From: Polyangiaceae bacterium
Lineage (GTDB): Bacteria > Myxococcota_A > Polyangia > Polyangiales > Polyangiaceae
Assembly (NCBI GenBank): GCA_965222375.1
Contig: CBDCTZ010000016.1
Location: 3,392,001 to 3,456,000, forward strand
Length of the DNA: 64,000 nt
Direction of reading: 5' to 3'
Shown piece by piece: positions 17,136-26,359 of the stretch. Each line of letters begins with the position of its first letter. Position 1 is the stretch's first letter. Below the pieces are notes generated by a model. That model ran no database searches. It had not been told where the DNA came from and saw nothing but the letters and a program-made list of their open reading frames with translations. The translations under genes and the position numbers were made by a program.

Positions 17136-18452
17136 ATGAAGAAAAACTACGTCCTCGACACGAACATCCTGCTTCACGATCCCTACGCAATCTTCAAGTT
17201 CGAGGACAACGATCTAATTCTCCCGATCTACGTCATCGAGGAGATCGACCAATTCAAGCGGGACAACGCCGAGCGCGGGCGCAACGCACGCACTGTCTCT
17301 CGCCTGTTGGATGCCTTGCGCGAACGCGGCGGTGGGCTGTCTGACCAGGTCCAGATGAAGGACGGCGGCTCCTTGCGGGTCTACGTTCCCGACCGTCGGC
17401 CCGAAGTCCCCATCGCTCTGGAGCCCTCTTCGGCGGATCACGCGATCATGCAATGTGCGCTCGACATCCGCGACGCCGAACCGGACACCCCCACGATCTT
17501 CGTGACCATGGACGTGAATCTGCGCATCCGCGCAGATGCCCTGGGGCTTCGTACCGAGTCCTACGAAAACCAATCCGTGGATATCGATCGCCTCGACTCG
17601 GGTGTCGTCGAACTCCCAGTCACAGCCGAGGAATTGGACTCTTTCTTCGACTCGGGCTCACTGTCGCGGGATGATGACACGCTCTACGCCAACGCTTGCA
17701 TCGTGCTGCGCGACAACGGCGCCCGTGCGCGAACCGCGCTGGGGCGGTTTCATGCGGAGAAGCACGAAGTGCGCGCTCTGCGCACGCCCCGGGAGGGCGT
17801 GATGGGCATTCGGCCGCGGAACAAGGAGCAGAGTTTCGCGCTGGATCTGCTGATGGACGATTCCGTTCGCCTCGTGACGATGGTGGGCAAGGCGGGCACC
17901 GGCAAGACCTTGCTCGCGCTGGCTGCGGGGCTGAAGCGCACTGCCGAAGATGGCTCCTATGCTCGACTCCTCGTGAGCCGACCGGTCATGCCCATGGGCC
18001 GGGACCTCGGCTACCTGCCTGGTGACGTCGAGGAGAAGCTGAACCCGTGGATGCAGCCGATTTTCGACAATCTGCAGTTCTTGCTCGTGGCAGGCGGAGG
18101 CAAGCGTCGCGGCATTCGCGGCTTTGAGGAGCTCTTCGAAAGCGGACAGCTGCAGGTCGAGCCCTTGACCTACATTCGCGGACGCAGCCTGCCGCAACAA
18201 TACGTGATCGTGGATGAGGCTCAGAATCTGACGCCCCACGAAGTCAAAACAGTCGTGACTCGCTGCGGGGAGGGCACGAAGATCGTGCTCACAGGGGACC
18301 CCTTTCAGATCGACAACCCCTACGTGGACAGCGCGACGAACGGACTGTCAGTGACTGTTGATCGGCTTCGCGGGGAGGCGCTCATTGGGCACATGCTGCT
18401 CGCCAAGGGGGAACGGAGCGAGCTGGCGAACATCGCCGCCAACAAATTGTGA
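17136..18452 (+). CDS. PIN-PhoH fusion protein (PhoH2-type)
   Basis: PIN motifs VLDTNILL, EEID, TMDVNLR; PhoH motifs GKAGTGKT, RGRSL, DEAQN, GDPFQID. Confidence 0.9.
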   Translation: MKKNYVLDTNILLHDPYAIFKFEDNDLILPIYVIEEIDQFKRDNAERGRNARTVSRLLDALRERGGGLSDQVQMKDGGSLRVYVPDRRPEVPIALEPSSADHAIMQCALDIRDAEPDTPTIFVTMDVNLRIRADALGLRTESYENQSVDIDRLDSGVVELPVTAEELDSFFDSGSLSRDDDTLYANACIVLRDNGARARTALGRFHAEKHEVRALRTPREGVMGIRPRNKEQSFALDLLMDDSVRLVTMVGKAGTGKTLLALAAGLKRTAEDGSYARLLVSRPVMPMGRDLGYLPGDVEEKLNPWMQPIFDNLQFLLVAGGGKRRGIRGFEELFESGQLQVEPLTYIRGRSLPQQYVIVDEAQNLTPHEVKTVVTRCGEGTKIVLTGDPFQIDNPYVDSATNGLSVTVDRLRGEALIGHMLLAKGERSELANIAANKL

Positions 18453-19537
18453 TGCGGCGTCGCGATCTCGAAATCCTGTTGGCGCGCGCCGAACGCAGCA
18501 TCGCGTTGCTCGAACGTTGTCGCCCCCTGAATTATCCGGCGGAGCGAGAGGACTTGCTGGCCGAGCTGCGGCGAGGAAACCCCCGTGAGCCGCGATTCCG
18601 CTACTCGGGCAGTTCGGGAGCCGCCCAGCTCAGCGATGGCTTGGCAACCCTAGCGGATGCCGCACGCCGCGGTGGAGCCTGGGGGGCCCTCTACTCCGAG
18701 CGGGCTTGGGAGCTGCATTTGGAAGCCGCACTAGTGGCTGTGGTGGGAACACCCAGGGCGAGGGCTCTCTCTCTCTCTCGCTTCGGAACGACGCAAGGGC
18801 CTGAGGTGGAGGCTGCCAGGCGGCTGGCAAACAGCTGGGCTCAGCTGTCGGTTTCCAAAGAGATTGCGCCGGTGTACGTGAGCGACGACTCGGAGCAGCC
18901 CAGGAGCCTCGTGAGTGCGATGCGGCGCGCCGTCGGGGAGCGGCGTATTGGATTTCGGATTGTGACCAGCCCTGAACTGACGAGCTCAGCGGCCACTGGG
19001 GATGGGGTCATAGTGGTGCGCGCGGGAATGAAGATGAGTGAGCTGTGCGGGAAGCGTGTCGTCATGCACGAAGTGCTGGGGCACGCGCTGCCACGGCATC
19101 GCGCCGTCGCAGAAGAAGTGGGGCTATACCGCGTGGGTTCGGCGGGAGGACCGGATGAAGAAGAAGGGCGAGCACTTCTGATCGAGGACCGCCACGAACT
19201 CATGGGCGCTCGGCGCAAGCGTCAACTGGGACTGCGGCATCTTGCGGCGCTCTCGGTGCACGAAGGTGCAACCTGGGTTGACACTGCGCGGCTGTTGCTT
19301 GCCCACGCTGCGGAGCATGCCGAGGCTGTCGACATCGCATCCCGGGCCCATCGCGGCGGTGGGTTGGGTCGAGAGGTCGTCTACCTGGAGTCGTTCTTGC
19401 GCCTGTCGGCCGCATTTGCCGAGGACCCGCACGCTGAACGATGCTTGGAGCGAGGGCGGGTTTCTGTTCGTTGTGGTCGGATTCTCGAGCGCTTGGGGCA
19501 GGCCCCCGAAGTGTTGCCGACAGTTCGTGCCGCATAA
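18449..19537 (+). CDS. DUF1704-type (MATCAP-like) zinc metallopeptidase
   Basis: PLNY..E, PRFRY, HEVLGH (HExxxH) and downstream EEG; 4-bp overlap with phoH. Confidence 0.65.
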   Translation: MMRRRDLEILLARAERSIALLERCRPLNYPAEREDLLAELRRGNPREPRFRYSGSSGAAQLSDGLATLADAARRGGAWGALYSERAWELHLEAALVAVVGTPRARALSLSRFGTTQGPEVEAARRLANSWAQLSVSKEIAPVYVSDDSEQPRSLVSAMRRAVGERRIGFRIVTSPELTSSAATGDGVIVVRAGMKMSELCGKRVVMHEVLGHALPRHRAVAEEVGLYRVGSAGGPDEEEGRALLIEDRHELMGARRKRQLGLRHLAALSVHEGATWVDTARLLLAHAAEHAEAVDIASRAHRGGGLGREVVYLESFLRLSAAFAEDPHAERCLERGRVSVRCGRILERLGQAPEVLPTVRAA

Positions 19538-19604
19538 AGCCCACAGGCTGGGCAGGTCTGATTGCGGAATTTTGCCGCTAGTACTAGTTGTTCCACTCAG
19601 TCCG

Positions 19605-22376
19605 ATGCGCCGTTTGCGGATGATCGTTGCTCTGGTTTTGGCTTTGGCCTGGCCCGGACATCTCTTGGCTCAAGAAGGCGAGCCGGAACCGGGTGACCGT
19701 GGAGCTGGCGCCGTGCCGCGGGGTGGAGCTGGCGCGGTTGCGCGACCCGCCGATGACGATGATGGCAAGGCGCCCAAGAAGCCGGTCATTGTGATGCCCA
19801 AGTTGAAGCGCTTCGTGGACGCTCCTTACCCCAAGGCCGCCCAGGACGCGGGGATCCAGGGTGATGTCGTTCTCTCCCTGACCATCGACGCGAAGGGTGT
19901 CGTCACGGCAGCAGAGGTCACCAAGCCGGCCGGAAATGGATTTGACGAGGCCGCGAAGAAGGCGGCGCTGCAGTTCGAGTTCGAGCCTGCCACTCGCAAC
20001 GGCAAACCCGTCGTCGCCAAGATCCTCTACAAGTACTCCTTCACCCTCAAGGAAGCGCCTCCGCCCAAAGGACCCGAAGCCAAGCCCACAACGGGCAACC
20101 TGGGCGGTAGCTTGCGGATTGCCGAGAACAACGCGCCTCTCGCTGGCGCGGAGGTGGTCGTCACTGGCCCGGGTGGGACGGAGCAGCGGGTCATCACGGA
20201 CGAAAGCGGCGCATGGCTCCTCGAAGGGATCCCTCCGGGCAAGTACCGGGTGCGCGCGTCCTCAGAGGGATTTCAGTCCAGGGAGGCCGAAGAAGAAGTC
20301 GTCGCTGGGGAAGCCACCGAGGTGACCTACCGCCTAGCGGTTCAGGTTGCCGAGGGCACTCTGGAGGTCGTGGTTCAGGGTGAGCGGCCCCCGCGGGAGG
20401 TCACTCGTCGGACCATCGAAAGACGGGAGATCAACCGGATCCCCGGGACCAGCGGCGACGCGCTGCGCTCGATTCAGAGCCTGCCTGGGGTGGCCAGGCC
20501 TCCTGGTCTCGCCGGCTTGCTGATCGTGCGGGGCTCCTCCCCCCAGGACACCCAGACCTTCGTGGACGGCAGCAATGTGCCACTGATCTATCACTTCGGC
20601 GGTCTATCCAGCGTGATCCCGACGGAGCTCCTGGACCGGATCGACTTCTACCCGGGAAACTTCAGCGCCCGATACGGTCGAGTCATGGGCGGCATCGTGG
20701 ATGTGGCACTGCGCGAGCCGGATACCAGCTGCAACGCGCCCTATGGGAAGCCGACCAAAGAAAAAGGCTGCTACCACGCCATGGCGCAGGTCGATTTGAT
20801 TGACGCTCGCGCCATGCTCCAGGGGCCGATTGGGCCTTTGGAGGATTGGAGCTTCGCGCTGGCGGGGCGTCGAAGTTGGATCGACGCTTGGATCACTCCC
20901 GTGCTCGAAGAGGCGGGAGCCGGCGTGACCAGCGCGCCGGTGTATTGGGACTATCAGGCGATTGCCGAGCACCGTCCGTCCAAGAACACTCGGCTGTCGA
21001 TGCGTGCTTTCGGGTCTGACGATCGCCTGGAGATCATCATCAACGACCCGGCTGCAAGCGACCCGGCCCTGGGCGGTAACCTGGTGCTGCGAACGGGGTT
21101 TCACCGGGTTCAGGCAATCTACGAGGGAGCGCTATCACCGGACGTGGACATCAACGCGATGGTCAGCGGTGGGTCCCAGTTGATTCGCTTCTCCATCGGC
21201 AACTTTTTGTTCAATTTGGACGTGTATCCGCTGACGACCCGCAGTGAGCTGGGTTTCAAACTCACCCGTGGCTTCAAGCTCAACGCGGGCATCGATTTCT
21301 TGCTTGCGCCAGCCCAGGTCGAGGTGCGCGCCCCCGCACCGCCGCGACCCGGTGAGCCGGACCCGGGTCCCTTCGCAACGCGGCCGCCCCTCGAAACGAA
21401 AGTCGATCTCACCATCTTCCGGCCGGCCTGGTACTTGGAAGGAGAGCTGACGCCGACCAAGCGGTTGCGCATCGTCCCCGGCGTCCGCGTCGATGCGGCT
21501 CGAGACACGGGGCACGCGGACTTCAGTCCCCGCGTCAACGCTCGCTACGACATCGTGTCGCCCACGGATGGCCAAGACGAGACGGCATTTGCCGGCAAGC
21601 GCAAACTACGTACGACCGTCAAAGGCGGCATCGGCGTGTTTCATCAGCCGCCCCAGTTTCAGGAAACCAACGAGGTGTTTGGTACGCCGGGCCTGCGCTC
21701 GAATCGGTCCATCCACTACTCCCTTGGCGTCGAGCAAGAGCTGACCCGTCAGGTCGAGCTGTCCGTGGAAGGCTTCTACAAGGACTTCACGCAGCTGGTT
21801 TCCCGCACTCCGAGCGCGTCGGGCACCTTCGACTACAACAACGAAGGTCTGGGCACCGCCGTGGGGCTCGAGACCCTGCTCAAGTACAAGCCGGACTCTC
21901 GCTTCTTCGGCTGGTTGGCCTACACCCTATCCCGCAGCGTGCGGCAGAACAGCCCCGACGAGGAAGAGTATCTGTTTCAGTTCGATCAGACGCACAACCT
22001 CATCGTATTGGGAAGCTACCGCTTGGGACGCGGATGGGAGTTCGGCGCACGCTTCCGAGTCGTCTCCGGGCCCTTGGAGACTCCAGTGCTCGGTCCTCCC
22101 GCGCTGCCTTCGCTGTACGCGGCGGACGCCGGCTCCTATACACGGCTGGACGGGGAATCTTTCAGCCGCCGCCTGCCCCTGTTTCACCAGCTGGACATGC
22201 GCGTCGACAAGCGCTGGCAGTTCAAAGAATGGCGCTTGAGCGCCTACCTCGACATTCAGAACGTCTACAATAATCAGGCCGTCGAGGCGCTTGTGTACAA
22301 TTACAACTTCAGCCAAGAAAGCTTCCAAACCGGGCTTCCCATCATCCCCTCGGTGGGGCTCAGGGGTGAGTTCTGA
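19605..22376 (+). CDS. TonB-dependent receptor with N-terminal TonB-C and carboxypeptidase-regulatory-like domains
   Basis: YPKAA...GDVVLSLTID...FEPA; plug GDALRSIQSLPGV, IVRG, YGRVMGG; barrel ending GLRGEF. Confidence 0.88.
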   Translation: MRRLRMIVALVLALAWPGHLLAQEGEPEPGDRGAGAVPRGGAGAVARPADDDDGKAPKKPVIVMPKLKRFVDAPYPKAAQDAGIQGDVVLSLTIDAKGVVTAAEVTKPAGNGFDEAAKKAALQFEFEPATRNGKPVVAKILYKYSFTLKEAPPPKGPEAKPTTGNLGGSLRIAENNAPLAGAEVVVTGPGGTEQRVITDESGAWLLEGIPPGKYRVRASSEGFQSREAEEEVVAGEATEVTYRLAVQVAEGTLEVVVQGERPPREVTRRTIERREINRIPGTSGDALRSIQSLPGVARPPGLAGLLIVRGSSPQDTQTFVDGSNVPLIYHFGGLSSVIPTELLDRIDFYPGNFSARYGRVMGGIVDVALREPDTSCNAPYGKPTKEKGCYHAMAQVDLIDARAMLQGPIGPLEDWSFALAGRRSWIDAWITPVLEEAGAGVTSAPVYWDYQAIAEHRPSKNTRLSMRAFGSDDRLEIIINDPAASDPALGGNLVLRTGFHRVQAIYEGALSPDVDINAMVSGGSQLIRFSIGNFLFNLDVYPLTTRSELGFKLTRGFKLNAGIDFLLAPAQVEVRAPAPPRPGEPDPGPFATRPPLETKVDLTIFRPAWYLEGELTPTKRLRIVPGVRVDAARDTGHADFSPRVNARYDIVSPTDGQDETAFAGKRKLRTTVKGGIGVFHQPPQFQETNEVFGTPGLRSNRSIHYSLGVEQELTRQVELSVEGFYKDFTQLVSRTPSASGTFDYNNEGLGTAVGLETLLKYKPDSRFFGWLAYTLSRSVRQNSPDEEEYLFQFDQTHNLIVLGSYRLGRGWEFGARFRVVSGPLETPVLGPPALPSLYAADAGSYTRLDGESFSRRLPLFHQLDMRVDKRWQFKEWRLSAYLDIQNVYNNQAVEALVYNYNFSQESFQTGLPIIPSVGLRGEF

Positions 22377-23404
22377 TGCGCAGGGATCTCACAATTGTCC
22401 TCGCACTATGCGTCGCTGGCTGTGGCGTCGAGTTCGACCCCCAAAGCGAGGTCCGGTCTCTGCGCGTCTTGGCGGTGCAAAAGTCCGCGCCCTACGCTGC
22501 GCCCGGTGAGGATGTCGACTTGAGCATGCTTTGGTACGACGGTTCCCCAAAGGCGCCCCGCAATGTGCAGGTGGCTTGGATCACCGGGTGTTTCAACCCT
22601 CCCGGAGACTCCTTCTTCGGCTGCGGAGAGGTGTTCGGAGCTTCGGGCGCGGGTTCGAGCGGCGGTGGTGGCTTCGGGCTGCCACCGGGAGTGAGCGTGG
22701 GGTTTGGCGACAGCTTCAGCTTCCAAATGCCCTCGGACGTCATCTCGTCCCGCCCACCGCCGACGGACCCCGCGGTGCCGCGCTACGGCCTCGCCTTCGT
22801 GTTCTTCGCGGCCTGTGCCGGCACTCTGGGTGAGGCGCCGCCTGGGCAGCTGACCTTCCCGTTGGCTTGCTACGACGCTCACGGTGAGCCCTTGGGCTCT
22901 GATGATTTCGTCGCAGGCTACTCCTCGGTGTACGCCTACGACTCGCTGCGCAACGCCAACCCGGTGGTGACGGGCTTTTCTTTTGCGGGGCGGGAGGTAA
23001 CGCCGTCGTGCATCGGTGCCGCCTGCTTGACCACTCCGGTGAAAGCCATCGACTGCGATGCGGGCGACCCTTGCGTGAATGCCTGCGCCGATGATGGCGA
23101 TGAAAGCTGCCCCGACACCACGATGGCGCTGCGCATCGATCGCGCCAGTGCCGAAATCGACGAGGTGAGCAAGATCGCCTATGGGCGGAACTTCACCGAA
23201 CAGATGTGGTTGCGCTATTACGTCGAGCGGGGCTCGGTAAAAAGCGATGTGAAGCTCGTGAACGACGCCATCAAGGGCTGGAACGACGACTTTTCGACAG
23301 AATTCCGCGCTCCGAAGGCAAAGGGGGTCATGAGCATCTGGGCGGCGGTGCATGACAACCGTGGGGGCGTGGAATGGGCGCGCATCGAGGTCGGCATTCG
23401 CTGA
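22376..23404 (+). CDS. Lipoprotein partner of the TonB-dependent receptor
   Basis: Lipobox VAGC, SEVRSLRVLAV, DNRGG..W; 1-bp overlap with the receptor gene. Confidence 0.75.
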   Translation: MRRDLTIVLALCVAGCGVEFDPQSEVRSLRVLAVQKSAPYAAPGEDVDLSMLWYDGSPKAPRNVQVAWITGCFNPPGDSFFGCGEVFGASGAGSSGGGGFGLPPGVSVGFGDSFSFQMPSDVISSRPPPTDPAVPRYGLAFVFFAACAGTLGEAPPGQLTFPLACYDAHGEPLGSDDFVAGYSSVYAYDSLRNANPVVTGFSFAGREVTPSCIGAACLTTPVKAIDCDAGDPCVNACADDGDESCPDTTMALRIDRASAEIDEVSKIAYGRNFTEQMWLRYYVERGSVKSDVKLVNDAIKGWNDDFSTEFRAPKAKGVMSIWAAVHDNRGGVEWARIEVGIR

Positions 23405-23787
23405 CTCGAGCTCTGCTGTTGCTGTGCTGGGCTTCGACCGCCGGCTGCAAGAGCAGGACCGAATCGAGGCCGGCATCCAGCAGGACCGGCGCGCGATCAC
23501 CTCAGGCGCGGCCTGTTGGCTCTGCGAACGCGGCCCCGACGGCCCCGGTTCGGGCTGACGCACACGTGGACCTCACCCGCCGCTCCCGCGACCACGGTGA
23601 TGCGCTGATGCAATCCGCTCAGAAGGACTGCGGCGTGGATGTAGATTGCCGTCACGGTTTGTGTCGCCGGCGCTGCCAGGCCTTCCTACGCGAGCTGGAC
23701 GCGGGACAAGCCAGCACCAACCAAAAGACGCGCGCGTTTCTCGGCTGCGTCGCGCAATGCGCCCGGCCCAGCGCCGCCGGCCCCTAG
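23374..23787 (+). CDS. Small Cys-rich putative lipoprotein
   Basis: LLLLCWASTAGC followed by several Cys; fills the gap between convergent genes; start uncertain. Confidence 0.4.
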   Translation: MGAHRGRHSLTRALLLLCWASTAGCKSRTESRPASSRTGARSPQARPVGSANAAPTAPVRADAHVDLTRRSRDHGDALMQSAQKDCGVDVDCRHGLCRRRCQAFLRELDAGQASTNQKTRAFLGCVAQCARPSAAGP

Positions 23788-25256
23788 CAGCCCGGCGCGT
23801 AGATGTGGAGCGTAGTTTTCAAGCTTGGAGTTTGGCTCGACGGCGTGAGGACGAAACCGAAGCGTCGACTCGCCGTGACGCCGATCTGATTGATGCTGAA
23901 GGACAGTACCGGCGGCGTCTCGCTGCCGAGAGAGAGGCTGGTTCCATTGCGTACGACGCTTCGGACCAGGGTTTGTTGCGGATCCGGTGGGTAGGCCGCG
24001 GTTGTAATGGCCAGACTCGGGTTGAGCAACGCAGATGGGCCAGCTAGCACGCTGTTGGCACTGCCCTTGTTGTAGGTTGCGACGACGACTTTCGCTTTGT
24101 CGTCGAAGGTGTCCGACGTCCCAACCAAGGGCCAGTACAGAACTGCCGCATCGGCTTCGATGGGTCCGCCATCCGGACCTGACACGCGATTGGTGCCCCA
24201 GAGCAGAGACCCCTCATATCCGCTGAGGAAACGGTGGGCGCTGAGAGAAGTCGGTACGTCAAAACTGAAGGCTTGCTCCGCGGATGAGCCTTGGGCGTTA
24301 GCCGTGCCGGCGTCCTTGACGAATCCGAAAGTCGGCGTTTGCTTCCCCGAACTCGTATCTGTCCGGTAGGTGATGATGCGAGTGCCACTGCTGGCGACGA
24401 CCGCCTGGCCGCTGGGCAGACCCGCTGCGGGAAACAAGGTGACTGCCGTTTGGTTCGTCAGCGGTGGAGTGAGCAGGGCCGATGGATAGAGGTTTCCGGC
24501 ATTGTTCTGAACCAGGAAGAAACCGTCTCCAGCGGCAGGGTAGACGGTGTTGTAGCTATCGGTGAAGTCCACCGCTGCGGTGCTGGCGGTCAGCGTCGTC
24601 GCCAAGGGATCCGAGGGCAAGTCTATCCAGGCGATGCTGAGCTTGTTCGAGGCGATCGGGCCCAGCATGATCAAGCGCCTTTCTGTCGCCAACATGCGGG
24701 TGATCGCAAAGGGTGGGGATTGCACGGTGAGGGGCTCTGGCGCCGTCGGGCTTATCACCCGGTAGCCGATTAGGCCGGCTGTCGTGCCGACAAACACATA
24801 GTCGTCCATGCCGGCGACGCAGCGACTGGCGATGCCGCCGCAGCCAATGTCGTTGTCTAGCGTCAGCGAATGGGCTTTGAAACTGAAGCTGGCTGGGTCT
24901 GAGCACTTTTTCTCTGTCGTGTCGCAGCCGCGTGCGGAGCACGCCGCCATGACGGGGCAGATTTCGTAGACACAAGTGCCCGTCGCGCAGCGGCCCTCGA
25001 TACAGCCGCCTTCGGTGGCGCATTGAAGGTCCGCGTCGCAGGCGCCGCCGGAATCCAGGATCTTGCCCCCCGTTCCACCACTGCCGGTTCCAGAACTTCC
25101 GCCGGTGGCGCCGCCAGCCCCACTCACGCCACCACCCTGTCCGCCCACACCCGCTTCGCTCGGAATCAGACTTTCATCCAAATCGAGGCTGCATGCCACG
25201 AACAAGCCCAGCACTCCGGTGGTGCCGGCTAGCGCTGCCCAGGTATGTGCCCTCAT
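23784..25256 (-). CDS. Lipoprotein with Gly linker, Cys-rich module and beta-rich C-terminus
   Basis: Lipobox FVAC, CxxDxxC...CxxGxC pattern; coupled to the upstream TPR gene. Confidence 0.75.
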   Translation of the reverse strand: MRAHTWAALAGTTGVLGLFVACSLDLDESLIPSEAGVGGQGGGVSGAGGATGGSSGTGSGGTGGKILDSGGACDADLQCATEGGCIEGRCATGTCVYEICPVMAACSARGCDTTEKKCSDPASFSFKAHSLTLDNDIGCGGIASRCVAGMDDYVFVGTTAGLIGYRVISPTAPEPLTVQSPPFAITRMLATERRLIMLGPIASNKLSIAWIDLPSDPLATTLTASTAAVDFTDSYNTVYPAAGDGFFLVQNNAGNLYPSALLTPPLTNQTAVTLFPAAGLPSGQAVVASSGTRIITYRTDTSSGKQTPTFGFVKDAGTANAQGSSAEQAFSFDVPTSLSAHRFLSGYEGSLLWGTNRVSGPDGGPIEADAAVLYWPLVGTSDTFDDKAKVVVATYNKGSANSVLAGPSALLNPSLAITTAAYPPDPQQTLVRSVVRNGTSLSLGSETPPVLSFSINQIGVTASRRFGFVLTPSSQTPSLKTTLHIYAPGC

Positions 25257-26245
25257 CAGAACGAGCCCTCCGCAAAGACCCCCGATGGTGTGACCCGTAG
25301 CCCCACTTCACTGGGCGGCTTTTCGGGTCCCGACGACATGGATTGCCAAACCACCAAGCCGATGCCGGCGGCGGTTAGCACTCCCCCTGTGATGAACAAG
25401 ATGTTCGTTTTGGTCTCCAGACCCTTTGCATGGTCCAACGTTTCCTGAGTCGGAGCTGCCTTGTAGGTGTCTTCGGCGTCCTTTGCGGAAATCCCGAGCA
25501 ATGCGCCGCCTGCAAGGGTTGCCACGCCGGCGCCCGTGGCCACGAAGCCCACGGTCGCCCACGCATTCGAAGGTTCCTTCTCTACCCGCACTGGCTGCTT
25601 TTTGGGTTCGGCCAGCGGGACCGGCTCGGCGGCCTTCTTGGGCGGGGCTTTCTCCTCCGGCGTCGCCTTCTTGGTCGTGTCCATTTCCACGGTGCCGCCC
25701 TTTTCGAGGTTCACGGTTCGGGATTCCGTCTGGCCGTCTGCGCGCACGATGGTCACCACATGCGGCCCAGGGCTGCCGTGGAGTCGGGCTGGCGCGGCCG
25801 TTTCCATTTGGTCGTCCAGCTGCACTCGAGTGCTGTCTGGGCCCATCACGACGACCACGCCCGTTTCTTTCTCCAGTTCCGCTAGCCGTTCCCGCGAGCG
25901 CGTGGCCTGGGTGTCGCTCAGCTTGGGCGTGGCGAGCGCTTTGGCGTAAGCGTCTGCGGCGCGAGCCAGTTCTCCCGCAAGCTCCCAAGCTTGGGCAGCG
26001 GTGTAAAGAGCTACTGCGTGGGGGCGCAGCCGGCTGGCCGCCTCGAAGCCGCGCGCCGCTTCCTTGTAGCGCTTGTCCTTCATGGCGTCCTTGGCCTCGT
26101 TGTAGAGCTGCCTAGCCTGCTTCGTGGTGTCGTCGGCGTCGGCGTGAGCCGTGCTCGCCGTCAACGTCGGCACGACGCTGGCGGCGCTAAGGCTGACGCA
26201 GAGGGCGAGCGAGCTCAGACGGGAGTGATTGCGTAATCCAAGCAT
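25256..26245 (-). CDS. Secreted TPR / PEGA-like protein
   Basis: Signal peptide (AHA), TPR helices, PEGA-like beta segment, C-terminal hydrophobic hairpins and terminal beta strand. Confidence 0.75.
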   Translation of the reverse strand: MLGLRNHSRLSSLALCVSLSAASVVPTLTASTAHADADDTTKQARQLYNEAKDAMKDKRYKEAARGFEAASRLRPHAVALYTAAQAWELAGELARAADAYAKALATPKLSDTQATRSRERLAELEKETGVVVVMGPDSTRVQLDDQMETAAPARLHGSPGPHVVTIVRADGQTESRTVNLEKGGTVEMDTTKKATPEEKAPPKKAAEPVPLAEPKKQPVRVEKEPSNAWATVGFVATGAGVATLAGGALLGISAKDAEDTYKAAPTQETLDHAKGLETKTNILFITGGVLTAAGIGLVVWQSMSSGPEKPPSEVGLRVTPSGVFAEGSF

Positions 26246-26359
26246 GGGGCAGGGGTCCTCGAAGGTAGGCGCGCTCGTAGGCGCGCGCCCAGATGTTGGC
26301 ACGATCGAAACCAGGTCGGCAAAACGTGGCTCCCGGCGAGGTGTGAACCATGCTCGCCG

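Noticed and set aside
19545..19570. Sigma-54 promoter upstream of the TonB-dependent receptor
   Set aside because: GG-to-GC spacing is 11 rather than the required 10
22406..23563. 385-aa ORF on the - strand
   Set aside because: Shadow of the lipoprotein gene; no recognisable motifs
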